DNA from: an uncultured Thermoplasmatales archaeon
Lineage (GTDB): Archaea; Thermoplasmatota; E2; DHVEG-1
Direction of reading: 5' to 3'
DNA length: 63,028 bases
Assembly (NCBI GenBank): GCA_964594475.1
Contig: CAZQMI010000001.1
Location: 2,524 to 65,551, forward strand
Below are positions 36,746 through 45,537 of the stretch, one piece after another. Each line of letters opens with the position of its first letter. The stretch's first letter is position 1. A program made the translations under genes and the position numbers. The notes beneath the pieces were generated by a model. The model did not search any database, was not told the DNA's origin, and saw only the letters and a list, made by a program, of their open reading frames with translations.

Positions 36746-37729
36746 TTAATCTTCTTCTGTCTTGGAGTCAGTTTCATTGAAAAACTCCTCCTTGGCGAAA
36801 TTGTTAACCAGTTCGTAAAACCGGTTGAGTTGATCAGCGGTCAAGTTGGGTAAGCCATCGTAAGCAACCCTGTAGCTTTCCCCGTCTCTCGTAATAGCCG
36901 TCATGTCAAGGTTAGTCTCCCCGCTCTCACCGACGTACACTTTGTAACCGTCTTTACGATAACCATGCCTACCCAAACGTTTGACGAGGTTCGCGTCGTA
37001 TTTCTGCAGGTGGACCACGTTGCTCTTGATGTTATCCCCAACCTGGTTCTCTTTTTCCTGGCGGAGTTTCGCAGCAGACATTCTCAACTCCTCTTCTTCG
37101 ATCAGTTCATCAAACTTCTTGATCAGCTTCTCTGCGATCTTTTTGTAATCAACCTTATCCGCATACAGGTCGGACATAACCTTCCGGTAGTCCTTGTTGT
37201 CCGTCCCAGGTACGTAACCCTCACGCTTAACAAACAGGTAGCGAGAGTAATCGTGGTAATGGTGACGCATTCTGTTGCGAGCACTGCTTTTGACCGTGCA
37301 GTTGTACGTAGCTTCGAAGGCAACCTCTGTATCATTAATGGTTGCCGTACGGATGAGTTTGTAACTCGGTACCGAACTGGTAGACCGGTCGGCCTCACCC
37401 TTAGCAACAACGGAGTATTCGTTACCAGACTTATCCTGCCGGTTCAATTCTTTCAGCAGTGCTTCCCAACGCTTCTTGTACTGCTTGGACTGAGCCATAC
37501 GTTGCTCCCACCGAGTACAATAGGAGCACTGTTTCTGCGAACCGATGATGGCGTGCTCTCCACACTCCGGACAGTCCCTACGGTTGGCTGCCTGGTAGAA
37601 CTTCTCTTCCTCAATGCGACTCATGCCGTACTTTTCCATCTCCCCCAGCAGAGCGTTCAGTTCGTTTGTTTCGTAGTTGAGCGCCGCCTTCTTTACCTCT
37701 CCTATACTTACCATTGAAGTACCGTTCAT
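36746..37729 (-). CDS. Hypothetical zinc-ribbon protein
   Basis: CPECGEHAIIGSQKQCSYC. I prefer ATG 37729, downstream of TGTGAGGAGGG, over the track start at 37819. Confidence 0.55.
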   Translation of the reverse strand: MNGTSMVSIGEVKKAALNYETNELNALLGEMEKYGMSRIEEEKFYQAANRRDCPECGEHAIIGSQKQCSYCTRWEQRMAQSKQYKKRWEALLKELNRQDKSGNEYSVVAKGEADRSTSSVPSYKLIRTATINDTEVAFEATYNCTVKSSARNRMRHHYHDYSRYLFVKREGYVPGTDNKDYRKVMSDLYADKVDYKKIAEKLIKKFDELIEEEELRMSAAKLRQEKENQVGDNIKSNVVHLQKYDANLVKRLGRHGYRKDGYKVYVGESGETNLDMTAITRDGESYRVAYDGLPNLTADQLNRFYELVNNFAKEEFFNETDSKTEED

Positions 37730-37754
37730 TGTCTTTCCCTCCTCACAAAATATA

Positions 37755-37871
37755 TCAACCGAAAATAGGCCGGGAGAATCCATCCGTAAGGACTCCCAGC
37801 AAATAAAACCAACCGGCAAATGCTAAGCCGGTCAGTATACCATATATAATTTCTTTCACCGTTTGTTTCAT
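37755..37871 (-). CDS. Small membrane peptide (38 aa, below the ORF-track cutoff)
   Basis: Hand translation MKQTVKEIIYGILTGLAFAGWFYLLGVLTDGFSRPIFG. An AAGGAG lies 7 nt upstream. Confidence 0.4.
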   Translation of the reverse strand: MKQTVKEIIYGILTGLAFAGWFYLLGVLTDGFSRPIFG

Positions 37872-37888
37872 GGTGTTACTCCTTAACG

Positions 37889-38509
37889 TTATTTTTTCGA
37901 CTTGCGGACAACCCCTTTCTTCTTTTTGGTGGAAGCCTTCTTGGTTGCCGTCTTCTTCTTGGCGGGAGCCTTCTTAGGTGTCGTTTTCTTTTTAGAAGTG
38001 GTAGCTTTGGCCTTCTTCGTCTTCTCTCCCTTGCTCGGCTTGCTGTTGGCTGAGTCGGCCAGTTCCTTTTCGGCTCTCTCCATAATTTGCTTGCCCTTGT
38101 TGGAGCCACTGCCCCACTTTCCCGTAACCAGAATGCGTATGTAGTCCAGACCCTTGTCCTTGTGTCGCTTAATAAAGTCACCAACAGGGTCATCGCTTTT
38201 CTTGATCGGTTCGTGCGCCGGAATATCAATGTCCTCAAAGTCGTACTTTACTGGTCCGTTCTTACGTCGCTCTTCCCGGGCACGCTGTTTCTCTTCCTGC
38301 TCCTTTTGACGCTTGGCTATCCGGTCGGCCTTCCGCTTCTTCTTATATTCCTTGACGGAGAGGCCAGCCTTCTTGGCTTCCGCAGCTAACCGAGCCTTGC
38401 GCTTCTCTCGCTTCTGCTTCTTGAACTCTGCCACGGTTATGCCCAACTCCTCGGCCTTCTTCTCCAACCGTGCTTGCCGTTTGGCTCTTCGTTCAGCTAA
38501 ACCAGCCAT
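37889..38509 (-). CDS. Highly basic protein with a histone-H1-like C-terminal tail
   Basis: I prefer ATG 38509, after GGAAGGAGG. Duplicated GITVAEFKKQKREKRKA / GLSVKEYKKKRKA. Tail KKAKATTSKKKTTPKKAPAKKKTATKKASTKKKKG. Confidence 0.55.
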   Translation of the reverse strand: MAGLAERRAKRQARLEKKAEELGITVAEFKKQKREKRKARLAAEAKKAGLSVKEYKKKRKADRIAKRQKEQEEKQRAREERRKNGPVKYDFEDIDIPAHEPIKKSDDPVGDFIKRHKDKGLDYIRILVTGKWGSGSNKGKQIMERAEKELADSANSKPSKGEKTKKAKATTSKKKTTPKKAPAKKKTATKKASTKKKKGVVRKSKK

Positions 38510-38578
38510 CAAAATCCTCCTTCCTATAAGTTTCGAGGTAACAACTTTTAGAACCGTGCACAAGACGTTTCTGTTGCA

Positions 38579-38920
38579 TCATTCCACAATAAGATGCTTC
38601 TCCGTTTTGGTGTTGCTCTTTCGGTTCTCCAGCTGCCGAGCCTTCTTCTCTCCAGCAACCTTGACGAACTCCGCACGCCAGTCCACGCTGGTCTTCTCTA
38701 TAACACGCACCGCCACGTTGAGTTTGCCCTCCTCGACTTCCACTTCGTCCTTGGAAGCCAACGGCAATATGACGTTGCGGAGCGCCTTCTTTAGGCTCCG
38801 GGCGTTACGTAGACGGTTAGCCGTCCGCTTGTACTCCTTCAAAATTCCTTGGGTCAACTGCCCCTTGGAATTAGTAACTGACTCCTTTATTTCTGGAGCC
38901 TTCTTTCTTCGTTTAGCCAT
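38579..38920 (-). CDS. Basic hypothetical protein
   Basis: 113-aa ORF with a TGTGAGGAGGACGTTATG leader. Confidence 0.5.
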   Translation of the reverse strand: MAKRRKKAPEIKESVTNSKGQLTQGILKEYKRTANRLRNARSLKKALRNVILPLASKDEVEVEEGKLNVAVRVIEKTSVDWRAEFVKVAGEKKARQLENRKSNTKTEKHLIVE

Positions 38921-38941
38921 AACGTCCTCCTCACAAAAGAT

Positions 38942-39397
38942 TCATTTCGCAGTTGCTTCTTCCAAAATCTTGACAGCAGATTCAAACGCTTCCTGGACAT
39001 GATCATCGGAAAACCGAAATTTACCGTCACCGCACCGTTGAGATTTGATTACGGCTTCTATCCGGCTGACCAGTTCTTTGTTGTGCATTAAACGGTCGTT
39101 GACCGCTTTTCTCTTGGCGAGTTCTTTCTCGACTTCTCCTTTGTCGAACTCAAGCCGCTGTGCTCTCCACTCCGACGAACCTTTTTCTTCAAAGGTACCG
39201 CTCTTGCGTTTTGTGTAAACGGTCTCCGAGCACCGGTCATTAATAAGTCCGGTTACTTCGTTACTGAGTCCGGTTACGATTTTCGACTTGGTTATTTTCT
39301 TGATGACCTCAGTGTGGTACTGCGTACCGTAATGAGAACTCCGGCTAATAAAGATTTCGTCTCCTACTTTATAGTCATCATATTCTCTCTGTGCCAT
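38942..39397 (-). CDS. Hypothetical protein
   Basis: 151-aa ORF with an AGGAGAC SD. First gene after the ~1 kb non-coding region. Confidence 0.5.
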   Translation of the reverse strand: MAQREYDDYKVGDEIFISRSSHYGTQYHTEVIKKITKSKIVTGLSNEVTGLINDRCSETVYTKRKSGTFEEKGSSEWRAQRLEFDKGEVEKELAKRKAVNDRLMHNKELVSRIEAVIKSQRCGDGKFRFSDDHVQEAFESAVKILEEATAK

Positions 39398-39427
39398 TTC
39401 AAGTCTCCTAAAATAAAAGTGAGTTGA

Positions 39428-39489
39428 TATAAAAACAAGAATGTCTACTCCGACGTCTATAGCTGAGCAAGCCTATAGGCGTCGGGTAG
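39428..39489 (-). terminator. Stem-loop plus T-rich tract
   Basis: CTACTCCGACG (39445..39455) pairs with CGTCGGGTAG (39480..39489), with one bulge. On the minus strand it is followed by ACATTCTTGTTTTTAT. Confidence 0.45.
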
Positions 39490-39622
39490 AAACTCTCAGC
39501 AAAAATTTTCCTATGCGCAGGGTTACTATCTCTCTGGACAGCATCCTGATCAGCCTTGTTAGGCCCACGCACACCGTGGCACCATACTCAACTCCGTTTA
39601 AGACAATCCTGTGACCTCTTTA

Positions 39623-39672
39623 TTCACGGCTCCCGGTCGGCCGTTGTCGTAACGCTTTTATTTTGCCGAGAT
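39623..39672. repeat. ~50-nt direct repeat, copy A
   Basis: TTCACGGCTCCCGGTCGGCCGTTGTCGTAACGCTTTTATTTTGCCGAGAT. Contains the hairpin ACGGC/GCCGT. Confidence 0.9.
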
Positions 39673-39835
39673 CGATATTAGCAGTCACTAAAAATTGTCC
39701 TTACTACTCCATGCTCTTTTCGGAGCTTTCGCATGCCCGATAGGGTTGCGCTCAGGATTAATCCCCTGCCGACTTCAACGGTGGTGTCCCTATTCTAAGC
39801 CAGTACCGTCTTGTTCCCTCACCAGCCCGATTTGG

Positions 39836-39884
39836 TTCACGGCTCCCGGTCAGCCGTTGGCTAAGCGTTTTATTTTGCCGAGAT
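39836..39884. repeat. ~50-nt direct repeat, copy B, 213 nt downstream of copy A
   Basis: TTCACGGCTCCCGGTCAGCCGTTGGCTAAGCGTTTTATTTTGCCGAGAT. About 85% identical to copy A. Confidence 0.9.
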
Positions 39885-40192
39885 TTTTCTTGGTATCGGA
39901 CCGTTCAGAGGTATCAAGAGGACGTGACGTCGATCCCCACCGAACCTGTCTGCGGACGTCCGTGCCCGTAATCCGCCGTATTCGCTAAGGAGGCTCCGTA
40001 TTTTTTGTGAGGGGTTCTCGGCTCCGCTTCCTCATGAGCCCTGCGCCGCCTTAACTTTCCGGTATAAATTTGTAAAAGAGCAGTGGCTTTTTCAACCACA
40101 ATTATTATACTTCTTTTCTCGAGAATCACAAGGGGCAAAATGAGATTTCTCATAAGTTTTTTAGCAGAAATGCCCAAAAAGTCGTAAGTTTA

Positions 40193-40242
40193 GGTAAAAT
40201 AATAGGTTACGAGATCAGAAATTTGGGGTAAAAATTAGGTTA
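40193..40242. repeat. Pair of AT-rich direct repeats: GGTAAAATAATAGGTTA and GGTAAAAATTAGGTTA
   Basis: Read directly from the sequence, at 40193..40209 and 40227..40242. Confidence 0.8.
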
Positions 40243-40288
40243 TACCACTACTGCAGTGAGACTTTTGTCGTCAGAAAAGGCCGAAAAA

Positions 40289-40388
40289 CCACCTATTTTT
40301 CCTATAAAAGGTTGGTTTTTAACGACTTATGGCGTCTCAAAGCCACCACTCTATGGTATAAATGGTTGGTTTTTAGGGGTTTATGGCG
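40289..40388. repeat. Two 46-nt direct repeats with a 54-nt period, iteron-like
   Basis: CCACC..TATAAA(A/T)GGTTGGTTTTTA..TTATGGCG at 40289..40334 and 40343..40388. 34 of 46 positions are identical by hand alignment. Confidence 0.8.
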
Positions 40389-40438
40389 GTTTTTGGTGTT
40401 CTTTTGGACCCCTGCAGCAGACCGTAAAGCGCCCAAAA

Positions 40439-41416
40439 TTACCTAAAAATCGTCCGTATTTTTTGGGTGAGCGACGGTCGGCTACGTCTGCTTAGAAGTG
40501 CCCTAATTTGGTCCTTATTTTGGTTAGGATCGCCTGACTCTAAGACGACTACGTTTACGTCCCGGAGCCCTCGTAAAGCATCGGCTATATCGAAGGTTTT
40601 ATCCGTGGCGTCATCGTCCATCATTATCGTAAACCGGCTGGCCGGAAGTTCCAAAAGAGTAGACAGCTGGTAATCACTAAGTTCCTTGCCGAAGAGGGCA
40701 CAACAATTATCGCCCGTTGTTAATGCGTCCATCATCCCCTCAACGACGATTACTTCCGGATAGTTCTTAACTGAATCATAGTTGTATATCCAACGCTCTT
40801 TTCCGAACTCGCATTCTTCAAGAGACGGGTTTAACTTTCGGTTGTCATTACCGACACCACGTGTAACAAAGTAGACCGGAAAGTTATTTTTGTAAACGGG
40901 GAAGATCAGCATATGTCGGTACCGGCCTTCCATAGCATAGCCTATACGGTGTTGCCTTATCAGTTTATTCGTTACGCCTCTCTTCTTCAGATACCGTTTT
41001 GCCTTACGGGCAAACCATGTATTAGATTCATCCAGGCTCTTATATTCTTCTGGGAGATCTATACTATCCCACTTGGTGCTGGAAAAGATGTCTTCGCTAC
41101 TGAACCGGCTTAGTTTCTCTTCTACTATCTGGGAAATGCTCCTCCCATCTCTTATGGTAGCCTTGCCAAGACCCGAGAGTAAACTCTTGTCGAAGTTAGG
41201 TCCGAATAAGTCTATAAAGAAGGGGGCGAGATAGTTGGCTTTATACTCACAACGGAAGCAGTGAACCAATCCTTTATCGAGATTTACGTATAGCTTCCTG
41301 TAATCTTTATTCCGTCCTATACGTTGCTTACAAAAAGGGCAAACAAATATCAAGTCACCCTTGTTGTTGCTTTCCGGTTCCCCCAGAGTGTTAGTTAATA
41401 TATTCTCGATAGACAT
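40439..41416 (-). CDS. DNA primase (zinc ribbon + TOPRIM)
   Basis: FVCPFCKQRIG...LVHCFRCEY, and TOPRIM motifs VIVVEGMMDALT and IMMDDDATDK. Confidence 0.85.
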   Translation of the reverse strand: MSIENILTNTLGEPESNNKGDLIFVCPFCKQRIGRNKDYRKLYVNLDKGLVHCFRCEYKANYLAPFFIDLFGPNFDKSLLSGLGKATIRDGRSISQIVEEKLSRFSSEDIFSSTKWDSIDLPEEYKSLDESNTWFARKAKRYLKKRGVTNKLIRQHRIGYAMEGRYRHMLIFPVYKNNFPVYFVTRGVGNDNRKLNPSLEECEFGKERWIYNYDSVKNYPEVIVVEGMMDALTTGDNCCALFGKELSDYQLSTLLELPASRFTIMMDDDATDKTFDIADALRGLRDVNVVVLESGDPNQNKDQIRALLSRRSRPSLTQKIRTIFR

Positions 41417-41499
41417 CGGATGTCACTAATTCCCTTGTACGTTTGAACTCTTCCATAATAGTGCGCAGTTTAAACCGTATGCTGATACCAATAAGACTG

Positions 41500-42954
41500 T
41501 TAGGTCTTCTTGACACGTTTCTTCTTAACACGGCTGGATGCTTTGGATATTCTACCTCTCTTAGCTTTCTCATTGTTCTCTTCATCTTCGTTAAGTGTTA
41601 TCTCCGCATCAACAAAATCTTCGGTTCGAGGCTCTCTTAGTGACAACGTATGTATGGATGCTAAGTCTTTATTTATCTTGCAATCCATAACCAAAAACAT
41701 TCGATCATCTCTACTTAAAGCTACAAATAAGCGTAACTTGTTCTGCAAATCTTCTTTCTTCGTCTGACATAATGTTATCATAAAGTCACATATGGTTGTT
41801 TTCTCGTGCGCTTCTGATGTACCACTGGAATCTATAGTCTTCTTGTCCTTCTTCGCTCTGTTTGCTTGATCAGCTGTCCAGATTGGAATGTTAAGTTCTC
41901 CGGCTAAGCCTCTCAGGTCAGTATAAATGGAAGCATAATCATGACGAGGATCATGTTTGGATCTAAACCGGGGCTTCATAATGTTAGAATAATCTACCAC
42001 CACAAGGTCAGGAATGAAGTCCTCAGCTTCCAACATGGCAAGGTGTGCTCTAAGATCGTCAACAGTTGCAGTCTTTGTGGGGTATTGCTTAATTACAAGG
42101 TCTCCTCCAATAACCGACTTGTACTTCTTCTCCACACGCTTCTTAAATTCTTCAGGGTGATTACGTATAAACTTCTTGTTCTTACCAGCCAATCGGCAGT
42201 CCAGTCTGGTCAAATATTTGTTCTCTGACATCTCTAATGTATACAGGACAACTTTTTTATTGTTTGGTGCACGTATAGCACCTAAAGCTATATTCAAAAG
42301 AACAATGGACTTACCAGACTTTTCCGGACCCATAACAACGTTGAGGGTCCCAGCAGAAGGCCCAGAGCCACCCATTGCCCGATCCAAATGAGCCTGTCCA
42401 GTAGAAACAGAGTTCGACAACTCCGGGTAGACGATCATGTCTATTCGTTCTTCCAACCCGGACAACTGTCTCTGACCAATGTTGGTAAAATCTGCGCCAA
42501 CGTTCATCGCTTCTTCAACAAGTTCTCTTACCCTAACTCGGTAATCTACATCTGTTTTATTATCTAATAATTGAGCACCTGTTACTATAGCATTTTCCAA
42601 AGCCGCATCTTGAGCGAATAATATAATCCGGTCGATAACAAACTGGTGGTCTGAAAGATTAGATTTATATATGGCCTTTATCTCATCATAGTAGGCTGAC
42701 ATAGCATCACTATCAGTGGAGGGCACAAAGTCACCAACGCAAGTTTCTAAAGACTCTTGGCTAATGGCAACCTTGTATTTCTGCAAAGACAAGAGTGCCC
42801 TACAGATTACTTGGTGTATATGACTGGGAAAGTACTCTGGTTTGATTATAGAACCATACTGGACCAGAGCCCGAGGGAATGCGGCCAACACCGCAAGAAT
42901 TTTGCGGCAAAATGTATCGCTAAATTCATACTCGCTCAAAGGTGCTCCCCCCAA
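41500..42954 (-). CDS. DnaB-like replicative helicase
   Basis: Walker A VVMGPEKSGKSIVLLN, VVVDYSNIM, a RecA-like C-terminal domain and a DnaB-like N-terminal domain. TTG start. Lysine-rich C-terminal tail KASSRVKKKRVKKT. Confidence 0.85.
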   Translation of the reverse strand: MGGAPLSEYEFSDTFCRKILAVLAAFPRALVQYGSIIKPEYFPSHIHQVICRALLSLQKYKVAISQESLETCVGDFVPSTDSDAMSAYYDEIKAIYKSNLSDHQFVIDRIILFAQDAALENAIVTGAQLLDNKTDVDYRVRVRELVEEAMNVGADFTNIGQRQLSGLEERIDMIVYPELSNSVSTGQAHLDRAMGGSGPSAGTLNVVMGPEKSGKSIVLLNIALGAIRAPNNKKVVLYTLEMSENKYLTRLDCRLAGKNKKFIRNHPEEFKKRVEKKYKSVIGGDLVIKQYPTKTATVDDLRAHLAMLEAEDFIPDLVVVDYSNIMKPRFRSKHDPRHDYASIYTDLRGLAGELNIPIWTADQANRAKKDKKTIDSSGTSEAHEKTTICDFMITLCQTKKEDLQNKLRLFVALSRDDRMFLVMDCKINKDLASIHTLSLREPRTEDFVDAEITLNEDEENNEKAKRGRISKASSRVKKKRVKKT

Positions 42955-43898
42955 CGTTTACCTAAGTGGTCTGGCAATTGAGAACCTTCCGACTGAGCAA
43001 GGCTGTGGGGGATCTTTGAGTGCTTGATTTCTTCTGGTAACATAGATATTCTCAAAAACAAAAAGTTGCTTATTGACCACCAGTAACTAAATGGGTCAGT
43101 TGTTAACAACCAATCTTCTATTTCCAGGCCTTCATAACTAAATGGGACCCATATGTGTAAAACGCAAATAGTTGAATTAGATCTGGCCTGTCTCAACTTC
43201 TCTAAGAAGTTAGAACGATAAGCGTTAGAATCTTCATACCTAAGTGTCTGCTCAATAAGTTCAAGTCTCTCTTCCCTCAAGTCATCTATGTAGTCTTCCA
43301 ACTGGATTTCATCTCTAAAGAAAGACATCCAACTTTCACCTGCAAATTCTATAATGTCTTCCATAATACGTGCAGTGGAAACTTCAAGGCCGGACATCCT
43401 ATTCTGTATTAAGTTTTGACCAAACTCTTTTTCTGATACAGAAATATCTGAATATAGTTCCTGGTATCCTAATATAGATTCTACGGTATCAGAAGAAACG
43501 GAATGTCCATGATCTCTAACTGACTTGGTTACATTCCAAAACCTTTCCAAGGCTTTATCACTTACGAGCATCTTAGGATGAAATTTAAGATGCTTCTTAA
43601 CCATAGTATCATGAAGCACTGACATTTGTACAGTCAAGTAGGACTCGGGGTCTATCAAGTGTTTAGTAAGTATTCTACTCAACTTCTGGAATGTCTCCTG
43701 GATAGACTCACTGCCTCTAAAGAAGAAGTCTTTTATCTCTTTGACGAATATCTTCTTGTGTATCTTTTGGTACATCTTAAACAGTTTTTTGGCACTGGTA
43801 GGTTCATACTCCTGTTGGACGGTTGGTTTAGGTTTGATATCACCGTAAGCTACTTCTTCCAACTTAACTTTCTTGGATGTCAAACTCTTCGCTTTCAT
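42936..43898 (-). CDS. Hypothetical protein
   Basis: 320-aa ORF with no motif recognised. Confidence 0.5.
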   Translation of the reverse strand: MKAKSLTSKKVKLEEVAYGDIKPKPTVQQEYEPTSAKKLFKMYQKIHKKIFVKEIKDFFFRGSESIQETFQKLSRILTKHLIDPESYLTVQMSVLHDTMVKKHLKFHPKMLVSDKALERFWNVTKSVRDHGHSVSSDTVESILGYQELYSDISVSEKEFGQNLIQNRMSGLEVSTARIMEDIIEFAGESWMSFFRDEIQLEDYIDDLREERLELIEQTLRYEDSNAYRSNFLEKLRQARSNSTICVLHIWVPFSYEGLEIEDWLLTTDPFSYWWSISNFLFLRISMLPEEIKHSKIPHSLAQSEGSQLPDHLGKRWGEHL

Positions 43899-45537
43899 AG
43901 TCCTCTAATCTCTGTAGACTTGCTTCAAGTGTGTTCGGATGTTGAAAGTCAATAAAGTCTATAATAACAACAGTGTTATCTTCTTTCTTCTTACGTAACC
44001 CTCTTCCTACTCTTTGTAAATTTTTGTCATAGCTTTTCGAAGCAGCTGCTATAATCATAGCTCTAATATCAGGAGCATCTACTCCTTCATCAAAGATGCT
44101 GGTGGCTATCAGTATATCAAGATTACCGCAAGATAAATCTTCTCTCGCTTCTATTCTTTCTTGTGGTGTGGTATCTCCAAATATAAACTTGGCTTCTAAT
44201 CCGGCATTGATCAGTTTGTGTTCTAACAACCTGCCATGAACCTTTTTCTTAACGATAGCCAAAGTTGGTTTATCATCGTGACTAAATTGAAGTGACCACT
44301 CCAGTATAGCTTGGTTGCGAGGCTCGTAGTCAACTATGGCTCTATCATAGTAGCACTCTGTAACGATATAATCGGAGAGCACCATATTCTGAGAACCGTT
44401 AGCCTCTATCAAAGATTTGCCCGTTGGCTTGCCCTTCTTCACTTCCCTTTTTAGAAATATTCCAGATGTCCATCCACCTGACTCAGTCAAAATTTTGCAT
44501 GGGGTACGTGGATTAGGTTGCATGCCTAAAGACTTCAAATCTACATCTTTTTCATGCTCACCGATAGACTCCAAATGAATAATTGGTCGAGCAGAATAAC
44601 CTTGTTCAATCAGGAATTTATTAGAAACTGTCGATAATACCTTACCAGTTATTGACATCAATTCTAAGTTTCGTAGCCCCTCTATACCCTGCCTATTGAG
44701 CGCTGTACCACTCAACCCATATCGAAAGGAAGCATGGCACTTGTTAGATATCTCTTTCCATGTATTGCTACGAGTATGATGGCATTCGTCTAACACCAAA
44801 ATGGTAGTATCCTTGAGCAGCTTTCTACACTTTGCATTATCCTTTTTCTTCTTTGAACGTAATCTACTTGCTATGGTTTGTGCAGTAGCTACAATAACTT
44901 TCTTGTCTGACTCAAAGTGTCCATGACCCACCAGCCCAACATCTGCAAGAGGCCATCTCTTTAGTATCCTCTCCTTGGTTTGATATAAGAGGTCAAGATT
45001 GTTAACTAACAGTATAGACTTGCTTTCGCCAGATACCTCTTCCAGAAATAGAGTAATAAACTTAATGATACTTATAGCTATCTCTGTTTTTCCTGAGTTG
45101 GTGGCACAATGAGCTATGCCTCTATTTTCCCGGAGCATGTCTCTTGCAGCTTTGACCTGATACTCACGTAGGGTTATGCCCTCAAGAAAATTTTCATCCA
45201 CAAGATCTAGCAAACTCTCATCTATATCTATTCTTCTTTTAGAAGGTATGATATCAATGTCAAAGTCTTCTATACCATTTTTCTTTAACAGATCTGGTAG
45301 TACCCGCAAAAGACCACTGGGGAATTGATTAGAAGGTCTCTTGAGAAAGTGAATTTTACCGTCCCAAGTATTAGCCCAGGCCTGATGCTTCTTGAATGCA
45401 TTAAATTTGATTTGTTTTGCTTTAGGATGTTTTACTGAAAGAGCACGGTCTAATAATGCAAGATCCCCATCTACCAGAGAAGAATAAATAGTTCCTTCTT
45501 TGATCTTAAAATACGCATTATTTTTCGTATCTTTCAT
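43864..45537 (-). CDS. SF2 DEAD/DEAH-box DNA helicase (UvsW/RecG-type role possible)
   Basis: Motif I CATNSGKTEIAI, motif II LVLDECHH, motif III SGTALNR, motif V TSIFDEGVDAPD, motif VI QRVGRGLR. Confidence 0.85.
   Translation of the reverse strand: MKDTKNNAYFKIKEGTIYSSLVDGDLALLDRALSVKHPKAKQIKFNAFKKHQAWANTWDGKIHFLKRPSNQFPSGLLRVLPDLLKKNGIEDFDIDIIPSKRRIDIDESLLDLVDENFLEGITLREYQVKAARDMLRENRGIAHCATNSGKTEIAISIIKFITLFLEEVSGESKSILLVNNLDLLYQTKERILKRWPLADVGLVGHGHFESDKKVIVATAQTIASRLRSKKKKDNAKCRKLLKDTTILVLDECHHTRSNTWKEISNKCHASFRYGLSGTALNRQGIEGLRNLELMSITGKVLSTVSNKFLIEQGYSARPIIHLESIGEHEKDVDLKSLGMQPNPRTPCKILTESGGWTSGIFLKREVKKGKPTGKSLIEANGSQNMVLSDYIVTECYYDRAIVDYEPRNQAILEWSLQFSHDDKPTLAIVKKKVHGRLLEHKLINAGLEAKFIFGDTTPQERIEAREDLSCGNLDILIATSIFDEGVDAPDIRAMIIAAASKSYDKNLQRVGRGLRKKKEDNTVVIIDFIDFQHPNTLEASLQRLEDYESEEFDIQES

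Noticed and set aside
36965-37717. 250-aa plus-strand ORF antisense to 36746..37729
   Set aside because: It has no SD. The minus-strand ORF has the conserved TGTGAGGAGGG leader and fits the operon packing.
38313-39002. 229-aa plus-strand ORF spanning three minus-strand genes
   Set aside because: It crosses two minus-strand gene boundaries that each have strong SD sites. Its composition (Ser/Leu/Ala/Arg/Phe-rich) is typical of the antisense of Lys/Glu-rich genes.
39556-39585. Possible tRNA 3' end (...CCGTGGCACCA)
   Set aside because: The preceding 17 nt cannot form a T-arm, there is no GTTCRANYC-type loop, and no complementary acceptor 5' strand lies upstream. No other tRNA-like cloverleaf was seen in any intergenic region.
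39623-39884. Two 50-nt direct repeats considered as a CRISPR-like array
   Set aside because: There are only two copies, they are imperfect, they are separated by about 163 nt, and there are no cas genes. They do not fit CRISPR geometry.
39695-39988. 97-aa plus-strand ORF, and the 87-aa minus-strand ORF at 39914..40177 (TTG start), inside the non-coding region
   Set aside because: Neither has an SD. The compositions are odd (Pro/Arg/Cys/Ser-rich). ORFs of this length are expected by chance in GC-rich sequence. The region is treated as non-coding.
41391-41585. 64-aa minus-strand ORF bridging the helicase stop and the primase start
   Set aside because: It overlaps both well-supported genes out of frame. 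The 83-nt gap is more simply an intergenic spacer.
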